A stretch of 64,000 nt of DNA, taken from NCBI GenBank assembly GCA_026388015.1, contig JAPLKO010000047.1, forward strand, positions 108,424-172,423, given 5' to 3'. The notes under the pieces were generated by a model. It searched no databases and had not been told where the DNA came from. It saw only the letters and a program-made list of their open reading frames with translations. Every line of letters begins with the position of its first letter. The first letter of the stretch is position 1. Positions 20,961-30,822 of the stretch are shown one piece after another. The position numbers and the translations under genes were made by a program. Source of the stretch: Candidatus Firestoneibacteriota bacterium (lineage in GTDB: Bacteria; Oederibacteriota; D2-FULL-39-29).

Positions 20961-20993
20961 AAAAGCCCGGCTGGAGTTAACCAACCGGGCTTT
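20961..20993. terminator. Bidirectional intrinsic terminator between gltX and csp
   Basis: AAAGCCCGG...CCGGGCTTT stem with A/T tails on both sides. Confidence 0.75.
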
Positions 20994-21004
20994 AATTTTT
21001 AAGG

Positions 21005-21205
21005 TTAGAGTTTTACTACTTTAGTAGCCTGCTCACCTTTAGGGCCGTTTTCGATCTCGAATTCGACTGCCTGTCCTTCACTCAAGGTCTTGAAGCCATC
21101 ACCCTGTATCGCGGAATGATGTACGAATACATCTTTTCCTGATTCCGGAGTAATAAAGCCGTAGCCCTTCTGGTCGTTAAACCATTTTACTTTTCCCTTT
21201 GCCAT
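21005..21205 (-). CDS. Cold-shock protein (CspA family), downstream copy
   Basis: KWFN, KGYGFI (RNP1), VFVHHSAI (RNP2). Confidence 0.96.
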   Translation of the reverse strand: MAKGKVKWFNDQKGYGFITPESGKDVFVHHSAIQGDGFKTLSEGQAVEFEIENGPKGEQATKVVKL

Positions 21206-21247
21206 TTTGTTGTATCACTTCCCTTTTTGTTAGATTCTTGGAACTAT

Positions 21248-21279
21248 AAAACCCGGCCGATTTAAACCAAACGGGCTTT
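21248..21279 (-). terminator. Degenerate terminator copy after the upstream csp gene
   Basis: AAAACCCG...CGGGCTTT, homologous to 20961-20993 but with a weaker stem. Confidence 0.45.
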
Positions 21280-21290
21280 GATTTTTAAGG

Positions 21291-21491
21291 TTAAAGTTTT
21301 ACTACTTTAGTAGCCTGCTCACCTTTGGGGCCGTTTTCAATTTCGAATTCGACATCCTGTCCTTCTCTCAAGGTCTTGAAGCCTTCACCCTGAATTGCAG
21401 AATGATGCACGAATACATCTTTTCCTGATTCCGGAGTAATAAAGCCGTAGCCCTTCTGGTCGTTAAACCATTTTACCTTTCCCTTTGCCAT
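21291..21491 (-). CDS. Cold-shock protein (CspA family), upstream copy
   Basis: 63/66 aa identical to the neighbouring copy; start set at ATG 21491 (AGAAAGGAA RBS). Confidence 0.95.
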   Translation of the reverse strand: MAKGKVKWFNDQKGYGFITPESGKDVFVHHSAIQGEGFKTLREGQDVEFEIENGPKGEQATKVVKL

Positions 21492-21595
21492 TTCCTTTCT
21501 CACTTCCTTTTACTTTAGATTTATACCAACAAAAAAACCGCCCGGAGAAGCATTTTCTCCTTGCGGTCGAAAACTGCTCTTTGTGGTACAGATAC

Positions 21596-21624
21596 ATTAT
21601 ACACTATAACTTTCATTTTGACAA
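21596..21624 (-). promoter_or_regulatory. sigma70-type promoter for the csp pair, implying a ~100-nt 5' UTR
   Basis: TTGTCA-N17-TATAAT. Confidence 0.6.
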
Positions 21625-21763
21625 CCCCCCCCTGCTCAATTTTAGACAATATCAGGGTTGAAACGCCAGAATACCTGCAATAAACACAATTAGTAGTGTT
21701 TTTTTAATTTGCACATCAATATATAGTGGTATGATTATTTCGATTTTTACCTCTATTTATATC

Positions 21764-21791
21764 AAAAGGGGTGCGCCTATCAGCGCACCCC
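21764..21791 (-). terminator. Intrinsic terminator after the SPFH gene
   Basis: GGGGTGCGC/GCGCACCCC 9-bp stem followed by TTTT on the minus strand. Confidence 0.75.
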
Positions 21792-21816
21792 AAAATATTT
21801 ATACAGATTCAAATAC

Positions 21817-22692
21817 TTATTTTTTAGTTATCGCATCCTTTATATTTTCCACAAACGGCTTTAACAATGTTGTAAATTCCATCGGAAATATATATTTTGT
21901 TGACGGGGAAGCTCCCAGGGCTTTTAGGGTATCAAGATACTGCAAGCTCATGGTCTTTGCGTCTATTGATTTAGCAGCGCCAAATATGCTCTCAAGCGCT
22001 TTAGCGTAACCTTCCGCCTTTAGTATCTGAGACTGTCTTTCGCCTTCCGCTCTAAGTATTGCAGACTGCTTTTCACCCTCTGCAATAGTAACAGCGGCCT
22101 GCTTTGTTCCGTCTGACTCGGTTACCACAGCTCTTCTGTGTCTTTCCGCCGCCATCTGCTTTGTCATTGCGGACTGAACTTCCGTTGGCGGAAGAATTTC
22201 ACGAATTTCTACAGAGGTTACTTTTCCGCCCCATCGGCCGGTTACTTCATCCAACTTTGTTCTAAGAATTACGTTTATCTGTTCTCTTTTGGAAAGCACT
22301 TCATCAAGGGCCATATCGCCGACCACCGCTCTCAAGGTCGTAGTTGCTATGCCCTGCAAAGCTCCCGCAAAATTGCGAACCTGAATAACGGAAAGCGCCG
22401 GATCAATAACCTTCCAGTAAATAAGAAAGTCAACCGATACAGGTGCGTTATCCTTGGTAATACAGGTCTGCTCGGGTATTTCAAGAAAGGATTCTCTAAG
22501 GTCAACCCATACCACCTGGTCTATCACCGGCCAGACAAAGGAGATTCCGGGCCCAAGCACACCATTAGCATTATGCTTTCCCAAGCGAAACAACACCAAG
22601 CGTTGATACTCCCTTACTACCTTTATCGCATTGAACACTACCAATAGAACAAATCCTATCGGCACAATAACAAACACAAAAAACGGCCCCAT
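21817..22692 (-). CDS. SPFH/stomatin (QmcA-like) membrane protein
   Basis: CITKDNAPVSVD, TTLRAVVG, KQMAAER, AEGEKQSAILRAEGE. Confidence 0.93.
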   Translation of the reverse strand: MGPFFVFVIVPIGFVLLVVFNAIKVVREYQRLVLFRLGKHNANGVLGPGISFVWPVIDQVVWVDLRESFLEIPEQTCITKDNAPVSVDFLIYWKVIDPALSVIQVRNFAGALQGIATTTLRAVVGDMALDEVLSKREQINVILRTKLDEVTGRWGGKVTSVEIREILPPTEVQSAMTKQMAAERHRRAVVTESDGTKQAAVTIAEGEKQSAILRAEGERQSQILKAEGYAKALESIFGAAKSIDAKTMSLQYLDTLKALGASPSTKYIFPMEFTTLLKPFVENIKDAITKK

Positions 22693-22775
22693 ATGCTACC
22701 TCCTTAAATTTATTTTAATATTTTGTAAATATCCGGGAAACTATTAAAGCCGGTCTAAAACCTATTAAATATTTC

Positions 22776-23066
22776 TCACTTGATTTTTTCCACAACTATT
22801 TTTACTCCATCAATTGCTACAACTTTCACATTTGCTCCGACTTCAATTGTTGCACCATGCTTACTTATTGCTGTAAAATCCTCGCGGCTTACATATACTA
22901 TCCCTTCAGGTTCTAAAGTTTTTATTACTTTTCCTGTTTTCCCAAGCAAACCCTCTGCGCCGCTTACTGCTTTTTCGCGCAAAGCCTTTACCCCAAGCAC
23001 AACAAGAAAACAGACAAACACCAAACACAGAATCAAAAGAACCACAGTGACTACAGACATTGCCAT
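22776..23066 (-). CDS. NfeD family protein (short, OB-fold)
   Basis: One TM then GAEGLLGKTGKV...PEGIVYV; usual partner of SPFH genes. Confidence 0.85.
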   Translation of the reverse strand: MAMSVVTVVLLILCLVFVCFLVVLGVKALREKAVSGAEGLLGKTGKVIKTLEPEGIVYVSREDFTAISKHGATIEVGANVKVVAIDGVKIVVEKIK

Positions 23067-23128
23067 TGCATATTCACCTCTTTTTGTTTTTCAATAAAGA
23101 CTATTTTAGCATATTTACCGTAAAATGA

Positions 23129-23800
23129 TTATACTTTTCTACTTTTATGGAGTACTATTTGTGTTTTAAATCCCTTTTCCCGCAATAAACAGCTATCACA
23201 TTTTCGACAGGGCTTCTTCCCTCCTTTATAGCAGGACCAGGTCAGCTCGTAAGGCACTTTAAGTTTCATTCCTAACTTGATTATTTCTGCTTTTGTCAGA
23301 TTAATCAAAGGCGTATTTATTTTTATGGTTTTACCGGAAGCACCGCTCTTTGTACCCAAGTTTACAGCCTTTTCATAGGCTTTAATGTACTTTGGCCGGC
23401 AATCAGGATAGCCGCTATAATCCAATGCATTTGCCCCTATGAATATTTGTTTTGCACCTATTGATTCAGCATAAGACGCGGCAAAACTTAAAAATATTGT
23501 GTTTCTTGCCGGCACATAGGTAACAGGAATCTCAAGGCCTATTTTTTTGCTGTTTACCGGTATTTTCACCTTACGGTCAGTTAATGCGCTCTTGGACCAA
23601 GGAAGCGCCATCTTTATTATCGTATACTCGCATTTATTTATTTTTGCCAGCTTTACAGCCGATTTTAATTCTTTCTTATGCCGCTGCCCGTAATCAAAGA
23701 GCAGACAACTGCATTTGCACCCCTTTGCTTTCGCAAAATATAAGGTTGTGGCCGAATCCAAACCGCCCGACAACAGTATTACCGCTTTTTTATTTACCAT
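23129..23800 (-). CDS. queC: 7-cyano-7-deazaguanine synthase
   Basis: LLSGGLDSAT, YGQRH, TYVPARN, GYPDCR, TWSCY, CRKCDSC. Confidence 0.96.
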   Translation of the reverse strand: MVNKKAVILLSGGLDSATTLYFAKAKGCKCSCLLFDYGQRHKKELKSAVKLAKINKCEYTIIKMALPWSKSALTDRKVKIPVNSKKIGLEIPVTYVPARNTIFLSFAASYAESIGAKQIFIGANALDYSGYPDCRPKYIKAYEKAVNLGTKSGASGKTIKINTPLINLTKAEIIKLGMKLKVPYELTWSCYKGGKKPCRKCDSCLLREKGFKTQIVLHKSRKV

Positions 23801-24554
23801 AGGAATTCACGCTCTCCATAACCTTTAAGCTTTTTAGCCGGAGTTCAAAATTATACTCCAGAAAATGCTCCACCACTTTTTCTATCTCCATATGCGATTG
23901 CTCGCCTATCATGATTTTAGAAAGGGTATCAAATGTTTTTCTATGAAGAAAATCCATGAGCTTAAGGGTATTATTAAAAACCTCAACCGTTGAGATGCCG
24001 TCAGAGCACTCTTCGCAGACAACTCCTCCGTGTTTTGGGCTTACGGACATCCTAATCTTCTGTTTTAAATCAGAACCGCAGGAAGTGCAGCAGTCAAGCG
24101 CAATCCGAAAACCAACCTGGGCAAGGAACTTCACCATAAACATAGAAAACACTTTTTCCTCGTGCTTTTCCGTATCTAACTTGTACAGAGTCTGAATAAA
24201 GAGTTCGTAAAGAGAGTGGCTCTTCTCGCCAAAAGGCACAAAAGTATTTATAAAGTCAGAAACCGCGGAGGCATAAGTATACTTTTTAACATCCTTAGAG
24301 ATATTCTTAAAATGTGTCGCAATCTGACTCTGCGTCAGAAGATAAAGCTCTGCATGGGCTTGTTTGTAAAAAAAAAGTTTTGTCTCCGTAAAAAGCTCGA
24401 GGGTGGAGCCAAACCGGCTCTTTATCTTTTTTGCGCCCTTAGCTACCGCATGAATCTTTCCATAAGCTTTGGTATATACAGTAAGATGTTTGTTTGCCTC
24501 GCCGTAACTCCTGACTTTAATTATTATACCTGTTGTTTTGTGATAAGGGTTCAT
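23790..24554 (-). CDS. recO: DNA repair protein RecO
   Basis: YGEANK, GKIHAVAKGAKKIKSRF, CTSCG...CEEC zinc motif. Confidence 0.92.
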   Translation of the reverse strand: MNPYHKTTGIIIKVRSYGEANKHLTVYTKAYGKIHAVAKGAKKIKSRFGSTLELFTETKLFFYKQAHAELYLLTQSQIATHFKNISKDVKKYTYASAVSDFINTFVPFGEKSHSLYELFIQTLYKLDTEKHEEKVFSMFMVKFLAQVGFRIALDCCTSCGSDLKQKIRMSVSPKHGGVVCEECSDGISTVEVFNNTLKLMDFLHRKTFDTLSKIMIGEQSHMEIEKVVEHFLEYNFELRLKSLKVMESVNSYGK

Positions 24555-24631
24555 AACCTATTATAACAAAAAAACAAAGAGTTCTCGCCTATTTTTCTGC
24601 TTTGTGCTTTATAGTTCGTGCTTTGCACTTG

Positions 24632-25291
24632 TTATTTTATGGGATCTATAGGCAGAGGGCCGTCTTCTCTCAATTTGTTTGCCGGTTTTTTGAACGGAAA
24701 CGGAGCGGTAATATCAAAGTTATAACAGAGGGATATTACGATATAGGGAGTGAAGACTGTTCGAAAATTGTAGCTAAAATAATCCGCAGTGCCGGAAAAA
24801 TCATAGAATAAATAGTTTTTGTAGGGATAAACCGTAAGGCCGGCGCCAAAATCCAGCCACCAGCCTTTGGCTATATTGTTTCTTAACCCGGCGGCTACGC
24901 CGTTATGCACTTCTCCGATAAATCTCATTGTATCTGAAAGTTTTGTTTCTATGCTGCCAAAGACAAAATACGGAAAAGGATTAATACCGATTGAGATCTC
25001 TCCAAAATCAAAACTCTTTGTCCAGACAGCATAAGGGTAAAGTCCAAAGACAAAGGATGCGCCAAGAGCCAGCCGTCCGCCCTGAAAATTTTTTGAAAGC
25101 TGATATTTTATTCCATGAGCGCCTATCTCCAGACCTTCAGAGATGCAAAGATCCAGATAGATAATTCCCGCTGATAAAGTATTTGCCGGAAGGACATTTG
25201 CGGTAGGCACAGACAAAAGCCACGTCGGTTCGTTAACCTCCGTAAAGGCCATTCCGGTAAAAAGAATACACAGAATCGCTATTTTCTTCAT
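24632..25291 (-). CDS. Secreted hypothetical protein, possible outer-membrane beta-barrel
   Basis: Signal peptide, PTANVL motif reminiscent of YjbH-like proteins, aromatic-rich beta-like segments. Confidence 0.5.
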   Translation of the reverse strand: MKKIAILCILFTGMAFTEVNEPTWLLSVPTANVLPANTLSAGIIYLDLCISEGLEIGAHGIKYQLSKNFQGGRLALGASFVFGLYPYAVWTKSFDFGEISIGINPFPYFVFGSIETKLSDTMRFIGEVHNGVAAGLRNNIAKGWWLDFGAGLTVYPYKNYLFYDFSGTADYFSYNFRTVFTPYIVISLCYNFDITAPFPFKKPANKLREDGPLPIDPIK

Positions 25292-25360
25292 GGCTTTAGT
25301 CTCCTCCTGCTTTCTGACTATTTACTCCACTGATATAAACAGATACTTACAGCGCTCCGT

Positions 25361-25397
25361 AAAAAAAAGGGCGCTCGTTTTTCTGAGCGCCCTTTTT
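25361..25397 (-). terminator. Intrinsic terminator after ppdK
   Basis: GGGCGCTC/GAGCGCCC stem with T8 tail on the minus strand. Confidence 0.85.
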
Positions 25398-25400
25398 AAG

Positions 25401-28133
25401 TTACTTTTTCTTTGCTTCTATCGCTGCTCTTGCCGAGGCTAACCTGGCAATCGGTACTCTGAAAGGAGAGCAGGAAACATAATTCATACCCTTCTTGTAA
25501 CAGAAGGCGATTGAATCAGGATCTCCGCCGTGTTCGCCGCAGATACCTATCTTAAGGTTCTTTTTCGTCTTTCTTCCTCTTTCTATACCGAGAGAGATAA
25601 GTTCGCCTACACCCTCTTCGTCTATTGACTGGAACGGGTCGCAGGGAAGAATCTTTTTCTCAAGATAATCCGGAAGGAACCCGCCGATATCATCTCTCGA
25701 GAAGCCGAAGCTCATCTGAGTCAGGTCATTGGTCCCGAAGGAGAAGAAGTCAGCCTGTACCGCTATCTTTCCGGCCACAAGCGCCGCTCTCGGTATCTCA
25801 ATCATGGTACCGATTAAAAGCGGGACTTTTTTACCGAACTTCTTATTTACTTCGTTGTGTACTTTTTTAATTATCACTATCTGGTCGTTGATCTCTTCGA
25901 CCGTGCAGACTACCGGAATCATAATCTCAGGATTAGCTTTTTTACCTTCCTTAATCAATTCCGCAGCCGCTTCAATGATAGCTCTTGCCTGCATTTCGGT
26001 GATCTCAGGGTAGGTAACACCAAGACGAACACCTCTGTGTCCCATCATTGGATTACTTTCTCTTAAAGAATTTGCTCTTTTTTCGAGATTGGCCATATCA
26101 ATATTAAGAGAAGTTGCCAGAGCCTGAAGTTTGCTTGCTTCATGCGGAACAAACTCGTGAAGCGGCGGATCTATAAGCCTGATAGTTACCGGCAGTCCGT
26201 CCATCGCATTAAGCGTCGCTTTAATATCTGATTTCATAAACGGAAAGAGTTCGCTTAAAGCGTTCTTTCTTTCTTCCACGCTCTTGGACATGATCATCTT
26301 GCGAAGCAAGAAGAGGGACTGGTCTGAACCTTCACCGTAGAACATATGCTCTATTCTAAAGAGACCGATACCTTCTGCTCCGAAAAATCTTGCTTTTGCA
26401 GCATCTTTCGGGGTATCCGCATTGGTTCTTATTCCCATTTTTCTTGATTTATCACAGATTTTCAAGAAATCTCCGAGAATAAAACCTTCCTCGCTGGCGT
26501 CTACCATTGGGAGATTTCCATCATAGACATTTCCTTTGCTTCCGTTTAGAGTGATCCAATCACCCTCTTTCAGGGTCTTTCCTCCTATTATCACGGTCTT
26601 TTGAGAAAGTTCAATGTGCACATCCCCGCAACCGACGATGCAGCATTTGCCCCAGCCTCTTGCAACAAGCGCGGCGTGTGAAGTCATTCCGCCTCTTGCC
26701 GTAAGTATTGCCTGGGCAGCTCTCATACCTTCAATATCTTCCGGATTTGTTTCTTCTCTTACGAGAATAACTTTTTTGCCTTTTTCAAACCAGGCAACTG
26801 CATCATTTGACGAAAACACAATCTGTCCCGCTGCTCCGCCCGGTCCGGCAGGAAGTCCCTTCGCCAGAGGCTTGGTTGCTTTCTCCGCTTTCGGGTCCAC
26901 AATAGGATGAAGGAGTTCATCCAGCTGAGCAGGAGTTACTCTCATTACCGCTTCTTCGGCGGTTATGAATTTTTCTTTGTACATATCTGTCGCCATCTTT
27001 ACCGCCGCCGGTCCGTTTCTTTTTCCGATACGGCATTGAAGCATAAAGAGCACGCCTTTTTCAATCGTGAATTCTATGTCCTGCATATCCCTGTAATGAT
27101 TTTCCAAACGTTTCTGAATTGCAAAAAGCTCTTTGTAGAGCTTCGGCATTCCTTTTTCCAGGGAGAGATGGTCAGCGTTCTGATCGGATTTGCTCTTTTC
27201 ATTGACTGGAGCAGGTGTTCTGATACCGGCTACAACATCTTCACCCTGGGCGTTGACAAGATATTCACCATAAAAGTAATTCTCTCCGGTCCCGGGATTA
27301 CGCGTGAACGCAACACCGGTAGCCGAATCTTCACCCATATTTCCAAACACCATGGACTGAACATTAACAGCCGTACCCCATTCATCAGGAATTTTTTCTA
27401 TTCTTCTGTAAGAGATAGCGCGCTTCCCGTTCCAGGAAGAAAACACCGCGCTGATTCCGCCCCACATCTGGGCCATATGATTATCAGGGAACTCTTTGCC
27501 AAGCACTTGTTTCACTTTCTCTTTGAACTGCTCGCAGAGTGTTTTTAAATCTTCCGCATTAAGCTCAGTATCAAGCTTTACGCCTTTGGCTTTTTTCATG
27601 GCAGCCATCAAATGCTCCAGCTGTTTTCTTATACCTTTGTCTTCTTCCGGTTCAGCGCCTTCCGCTTTTTCCATAACCACATCGGAGTACATCATTATCA
27701 AACGTCTGTAGGCATCATAAACAAATCTGTCGTTACCGCCGGTCTGCTTAATCATTCCCGGTATGGTTGCGCTCGTAAGTCCCACATTGAGCACGGTCTC
27801 CATCATTCCCGGCATTGATTTTCTGGCGCCTGAACGGACGGAAACTAGCAACGGGTTCTTCGGATCGCCAAACTTCTTACCCATTATTTTTTCTATTTTT
27901 GTGATAGCCGCATTCACCTGCGCATCAACTTCTTTCGGATACTTTTTTTTATTTGCGTAGAAAGCCGTGCAGACTTCCGTGGTGAGGGTGAAACCGGGAG
28001 GAACAGGAAGCTTAAGCTTCGGATGTCCCGCCATTTCGGCAAGGTTTGCACCTTTACCGCCGAGAAGATTTTTCATCTTCTCATTTCCATCGGCTTTACC
28101 GCCGCCGAAGGAATACACATATTTCTTTGCCAT
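25401..28133 (-). CDS. ppdK: Pyruvate, phosphate dikinase
   Basis: LLGGKGANLAEM, LVSVRSGA, GGMTSHAALVAR (phospho-His), GICGEHGGDP. Confidence 0.98.
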   Translation of the reverse strand: MAKKYVYSFGGGKADGNEKMKNLLGGKGANLAEMAGHPKLKLPVPPGFTLTTEVCTAFYANKKKYPKEVDAQVNAAITKIEKIMGKKFGDPKNPLLVSVRSGARKSMPGMMETVLNVGLTSATIPGMIKQTGGNDRFVYDAYRRLIMMYSDVVMEKAEGAEPEEDKGIRKQLEHLMAAMKKAKGVKLDTELNAEDLKTLCEQFKEKVKQVLGKEFPDNHMAQMWGGISAVFSSWNGKRAISYRRIEKIPDEWGTAVNVQSMVFGNMGEDSATGVAFTRNPGTGENYFYGEYLVNAQGEDVVAGIRTPAPVNEKSKSDQNADHLSLEKGMPKLYKELFAIQKRLENHYRDMQDIEFTIEKGVLFMLQCRIGKRNGPAAVKMATDMYKEKFITAEEAVMRVTPAQLDELLHPIVDPKAEKATKPLAKGLPAGPGGAAGQIVFSSNDAVAWFEKGKKVILVREETNPEDIEGMRAAQAILTARGGMTSHAALVARGWGKCCIVGCGDVHIELSQKTVIIGGKTLKEGDWITLNGSKGNVYDGNLPMVDASEEGFILGDFLKICDKSRKMGIRTNADTPKDAAKARFFGAEGIGLFRIEHMFYGEGSDQSLFLLRKMIMSKSVEERKNALSELFPFMKSDIKATLNAMDGLPVTIRLIDPPLHEFVPHEASKLQALATSLNIDMANLEKRANSLRESNPMMGHRGVRLGVTYPEITEMQARAIIEAAAELIKEGKKANPEIMIPVVCTVEEINDQIVIIKKVHNEVNKKFGKKVPLLIGTMIEIPRAALVAGKIAVQADFFSFGTNDLTQMSFGFSRDDIGGFLPDYLEKKILPCDPFQSIDEEGVGELISLGIERGRKTKKNLKIGICGEHGGDPDSIAFCYKKGMNYVSCSPFRVPIARLASARAAIEAKKK

Positions 28134-28249
28134 AATAAATCCTCCTTCAGAATTTTGAATAATTTTGCAGGTATTTTACTGTCAGAAAAACAACGTACTT
28201 AATATATCATAATAGGGTATTTTTTTCAATTCAAAACTATGAAAAGCGC

Positions 28250-28293
28250 TTCCACTTCCGCCAATTATATTAGGCGGATCTTTTGATGAGATT
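28250..28293. repeat. Dispersed 44-bp hairpin element B, copy 2
   Basis: TTCCACTTCCGCCAATTATATTAGGCGGATCTTTTGATGAGATT. Confidence 0.85.
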
Positions 28294-28377
28294 GCACGGC
28301 TAACGGATTTGACTTATAAAAGCAATCATTTCAAAAACTTTGTGTAAAACATGCAAAACTCTTCATCAAATATTACT

Positions 28378-29151
28378 TTAAATAGCCGGTTGCGGGGGTT
28401 CAGGCGGCTTTTGTGACTCTTTCACCGGTTTAATTTCGCTTATGGGATTTGCCGAATTTTGCTCTCCGCCAATAGTATCAGGTGAGGATACGCCTTTTAA
28501 GCTTAACCCGCCTTCATTTTTTGTCCTATTTTCGTAATCCGCCACAAGAGATTTGTATATGTGAATAAGGGCAAACGTTACGACTATTGCCGCAGGAATT
28601 ATACCTATACAGCAGCAAAGGAACCCCAGAATACACACGCCAAGGACAACAAACATGAACAGGAAAAGATTAACTTTATGCCCCATAGTAATTTTTCCGC
28701 TCATTCTTATTGCTTCAAGCGGTTTCATCTTTTTGTCTATCACAAGATAAAGAGCAAACTGATACTTTAGCGCCCAGATAATTCCCGGAATGACAAAAAG
28801 AACAATTCCGGCCATAACTATTAAGACATAAAGAATGTAGCAGACCAAAAAATCAAAGTACTCTTCATAATTATTGAACAACGTAACGAGTTCCGCTTTC
28901 TTACCTTCGTACAGCTGAATGAATATTTTCAAATATCCAAGACATAGAAAAATACTAAAGAAAAAATATATCAACCAAACATTAAAATACAAAATACCAA
29001 ATCCGTAATATTTTTCTACAAGGGCTTGAATCCCGCTTCCTCCGGTCGAAATCAACATATAAACAAACATTACAACTATCGCAAACCCCAGGTTTTTTTT
29101 GGTAAGCTCCCAGCCGGCTTTTATTGCTTCTTTCTTTTTTATTATCTCCAC
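28378..29151 (-). CDS. DUF975-like integral membrane protein
   Basis: LFVIPGIIWAL...AIRMSGKITMGHK...LGFLCCCIG pattern; Pro-rich tail. Confidence 0.7.
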   Translation of the reverse strand: MEIIKKKEAIKAGWELTKKNLGFAIVVMFVYMLISTGGSGIQALVEKYYGFGILYFNVWLIYFFFSIFLCLGYLKIFIQLYEGKKAELVTLFNNYEEYFDFLVCYILYVLIVMAGIVLFVIPGIIWALKYQFALYLVIDKKMKPLEAIRMSGKITMGHKVNLFLFMFVVLGVCILGFLCCCIGIIPAAIVVTFALIHIYKSLVADYENRTKNEGGLSLKGVSSPDTIGGEQNSANPISEIKPVKESQKPPEPPQPAI

Positions 29152-29159
29152 ATGTCCCC

Positions 29160-30614
29160 CTAAACTCCCATAGTTTTTTTCTCGGTCGCTGATAAATGCG
29201 AGATCATCCGGACTCTCATATCGGAAAGTGCGCCGGCATGCTTCGGGTCTTTTGCCAGGTTCTTTTTTTCTGCCGGATCTTTTTCCATATCATAAAGCTC
29301 CTCTTCGTTGCCCGGGAACCAGATGTTATATTTGTATTTATTTGTCCGCAGGCATTTTCCTTTTAACGTTTTTTTCGCGTTAGTGAACTCAACAAGCACC
29401 TGCTCCTTCCCTTTCTTCTTTCCTTCCATTACCGGCAAAAGGCTTTCTGCCTGCATGCTTTCCGGCGCAGGCACTCCGGCGGCCTCAAGAATTGTCGGCG
29501 CAACATCCATAAGCTCTACCAAATCCGTTGTTTTGCCTACCTTGGGTTTTCCTCCTGCGGGTTTTATTATTAGAGGCATATTAATTATCGGTTCCAGAAA
29601 AGTTGTTTTGCCGAACAACCCGTACTCCCCTAGATGTTCTCCGTGGTCCGTGGTCATGATAACCAGGGTCTCATCCCAGACTCCCATCTTTTTTAATTCG
29701 TTAAATATCTTTCCGCAAAGATCATCCGTCATGGTGCAAAGGCCGTAGTAATACGCCATTAATCTTTTATAAACTTCCGGAGTAAAACCGTTTGTATCTC
29801 CGAGCTGTCTTTTTGAATAAAAACCCGGTCTGTCCGATAAATCCATCATGTATGTTTCCGGTATCTTCATATCTTCCGGTTTGTACATCGAGGCATAAGG
29901 TTCGGGCGCGTCAAAAGGGTCATGAGGCTTGCAGAAACCGCACCAGGCGAAAACCGGTTTGTCACTTTTTTGATTTCTTTTAAAGAAATCTATAGTATTA
30001 TCCGCCGTCCAGTAGTCTACGTTTTCTTCAAACGAAAGTACGCTTGTCACCGCCGACTTGTACTTGCTGTACTCCGGTGTTCTTCTTTGCGCATAAATTG
30101 ACTCGTACGCACCCGGTCTTTTTTTCTCCAGCCACTTTGCATAATCATGTCCAAGTGGAGATGGTCCAAGCGGCGAACCAGATGCAACTTTCCATCTCAT
30201 CCCCTGGCCGCCGGTCAGTTTTGCCTCATCTAAACCTTTCGGAGGGGTCGGATAAAGATGAAGTTTTCCGAAAGCTCCGGTTTTGACCCCGCCGGCTTTT
30301 AAACTTTCCAGGAATGTTTTTTCCCAGGGCGGCAGTCCGGGCGTGGTATCAACGACATCTTCCATATACTCAACCCCGTGCTGGTGTACGTATTTTCCGG
30401 TAGCCATGCAGATGCGGCTTGGAACACAAACAGTATTATTGCAGTAGGCTTTTTCAAAGACGGTGCCTTCTTTGGCAAGAGCATCAAGATTTTTACTTGT
30501 TGCGACTTTACTTCCGTAGACTCCGAGGGTATCCTTTCGCTGCTGGTCGGTGGTTATAAAAAGTATAAACTTAGGCGCTTTCATCACTCTCTCCTTCTTA
30601 AAAGGATTCAACAA
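29160..30614 (-). CDS. Sulfatase (Cys-type formylglycine family)
   Basis: FITTDQQRKD, CVPSR (CxPxR), GKLHL, KPHDPF, TTDHGE, ELYDMEKDP; no obvious signal peptide; start may be the second Met (MKAPK). Confidence 0.9.
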   Translation of the reverse strand: MLNPFKKERVMKAPKFILFITTDQQRKDTLGVYGSKVATSKNLDALAKEGTVFEKAYCNNTVCVPSRICMATGKYVHQHGVEYMEDVVDTTPGLPPWEKTFLESLKAGGVKTGAFGKLHLYPTPPKGLDEAKLTGGQGMRWKVASGSPLGPSPLGHDYAKWLEKKRPGAYESIYAQRRTPEYSKYKSAVTSVLSFEENVDYWTADNTIDFFKRNQKSDKPVFAWCGFCKPHDPFDAPEPYASMYKPEDMKIPETYMMDLSDRPGFYSKRQLGDTNGFTPEVYKRLMAYYYGLCTMTDDLCGKIFNELKKMGVWDETLVIMTTDHGEHLGEYGLFGKTTFLEPIINMPLIIKPAGGKPKVGKTTDLVELMDVAPTILEAAGVPAPESMQAESLLPVMEGKKKGKEQVLVEFTNAKKTLKGKCLRTNKYKYNIWFPGNEEELYDMEKDPAEKKNLAKDPKHAGALSDMRVRMISHLSATEKKTMGV

Positions 30615-30822
30615 ACCTTACACCGGAATATATGCTATATATAGTACAAAGAAACCAAAAAAGTTATTTAAATTATTACTTAAACATTATATAATAAGGG
30701 CGTATTAAACACAATAGCGAACGTTCTTCTAAGACTACTAACAAATATTCCGAGGCGCCGTAAAAACGCAAGATAATACAGTTTTTATACGGCAGACTCA
30801 ATTAACAAGGGAGGAAATAACC

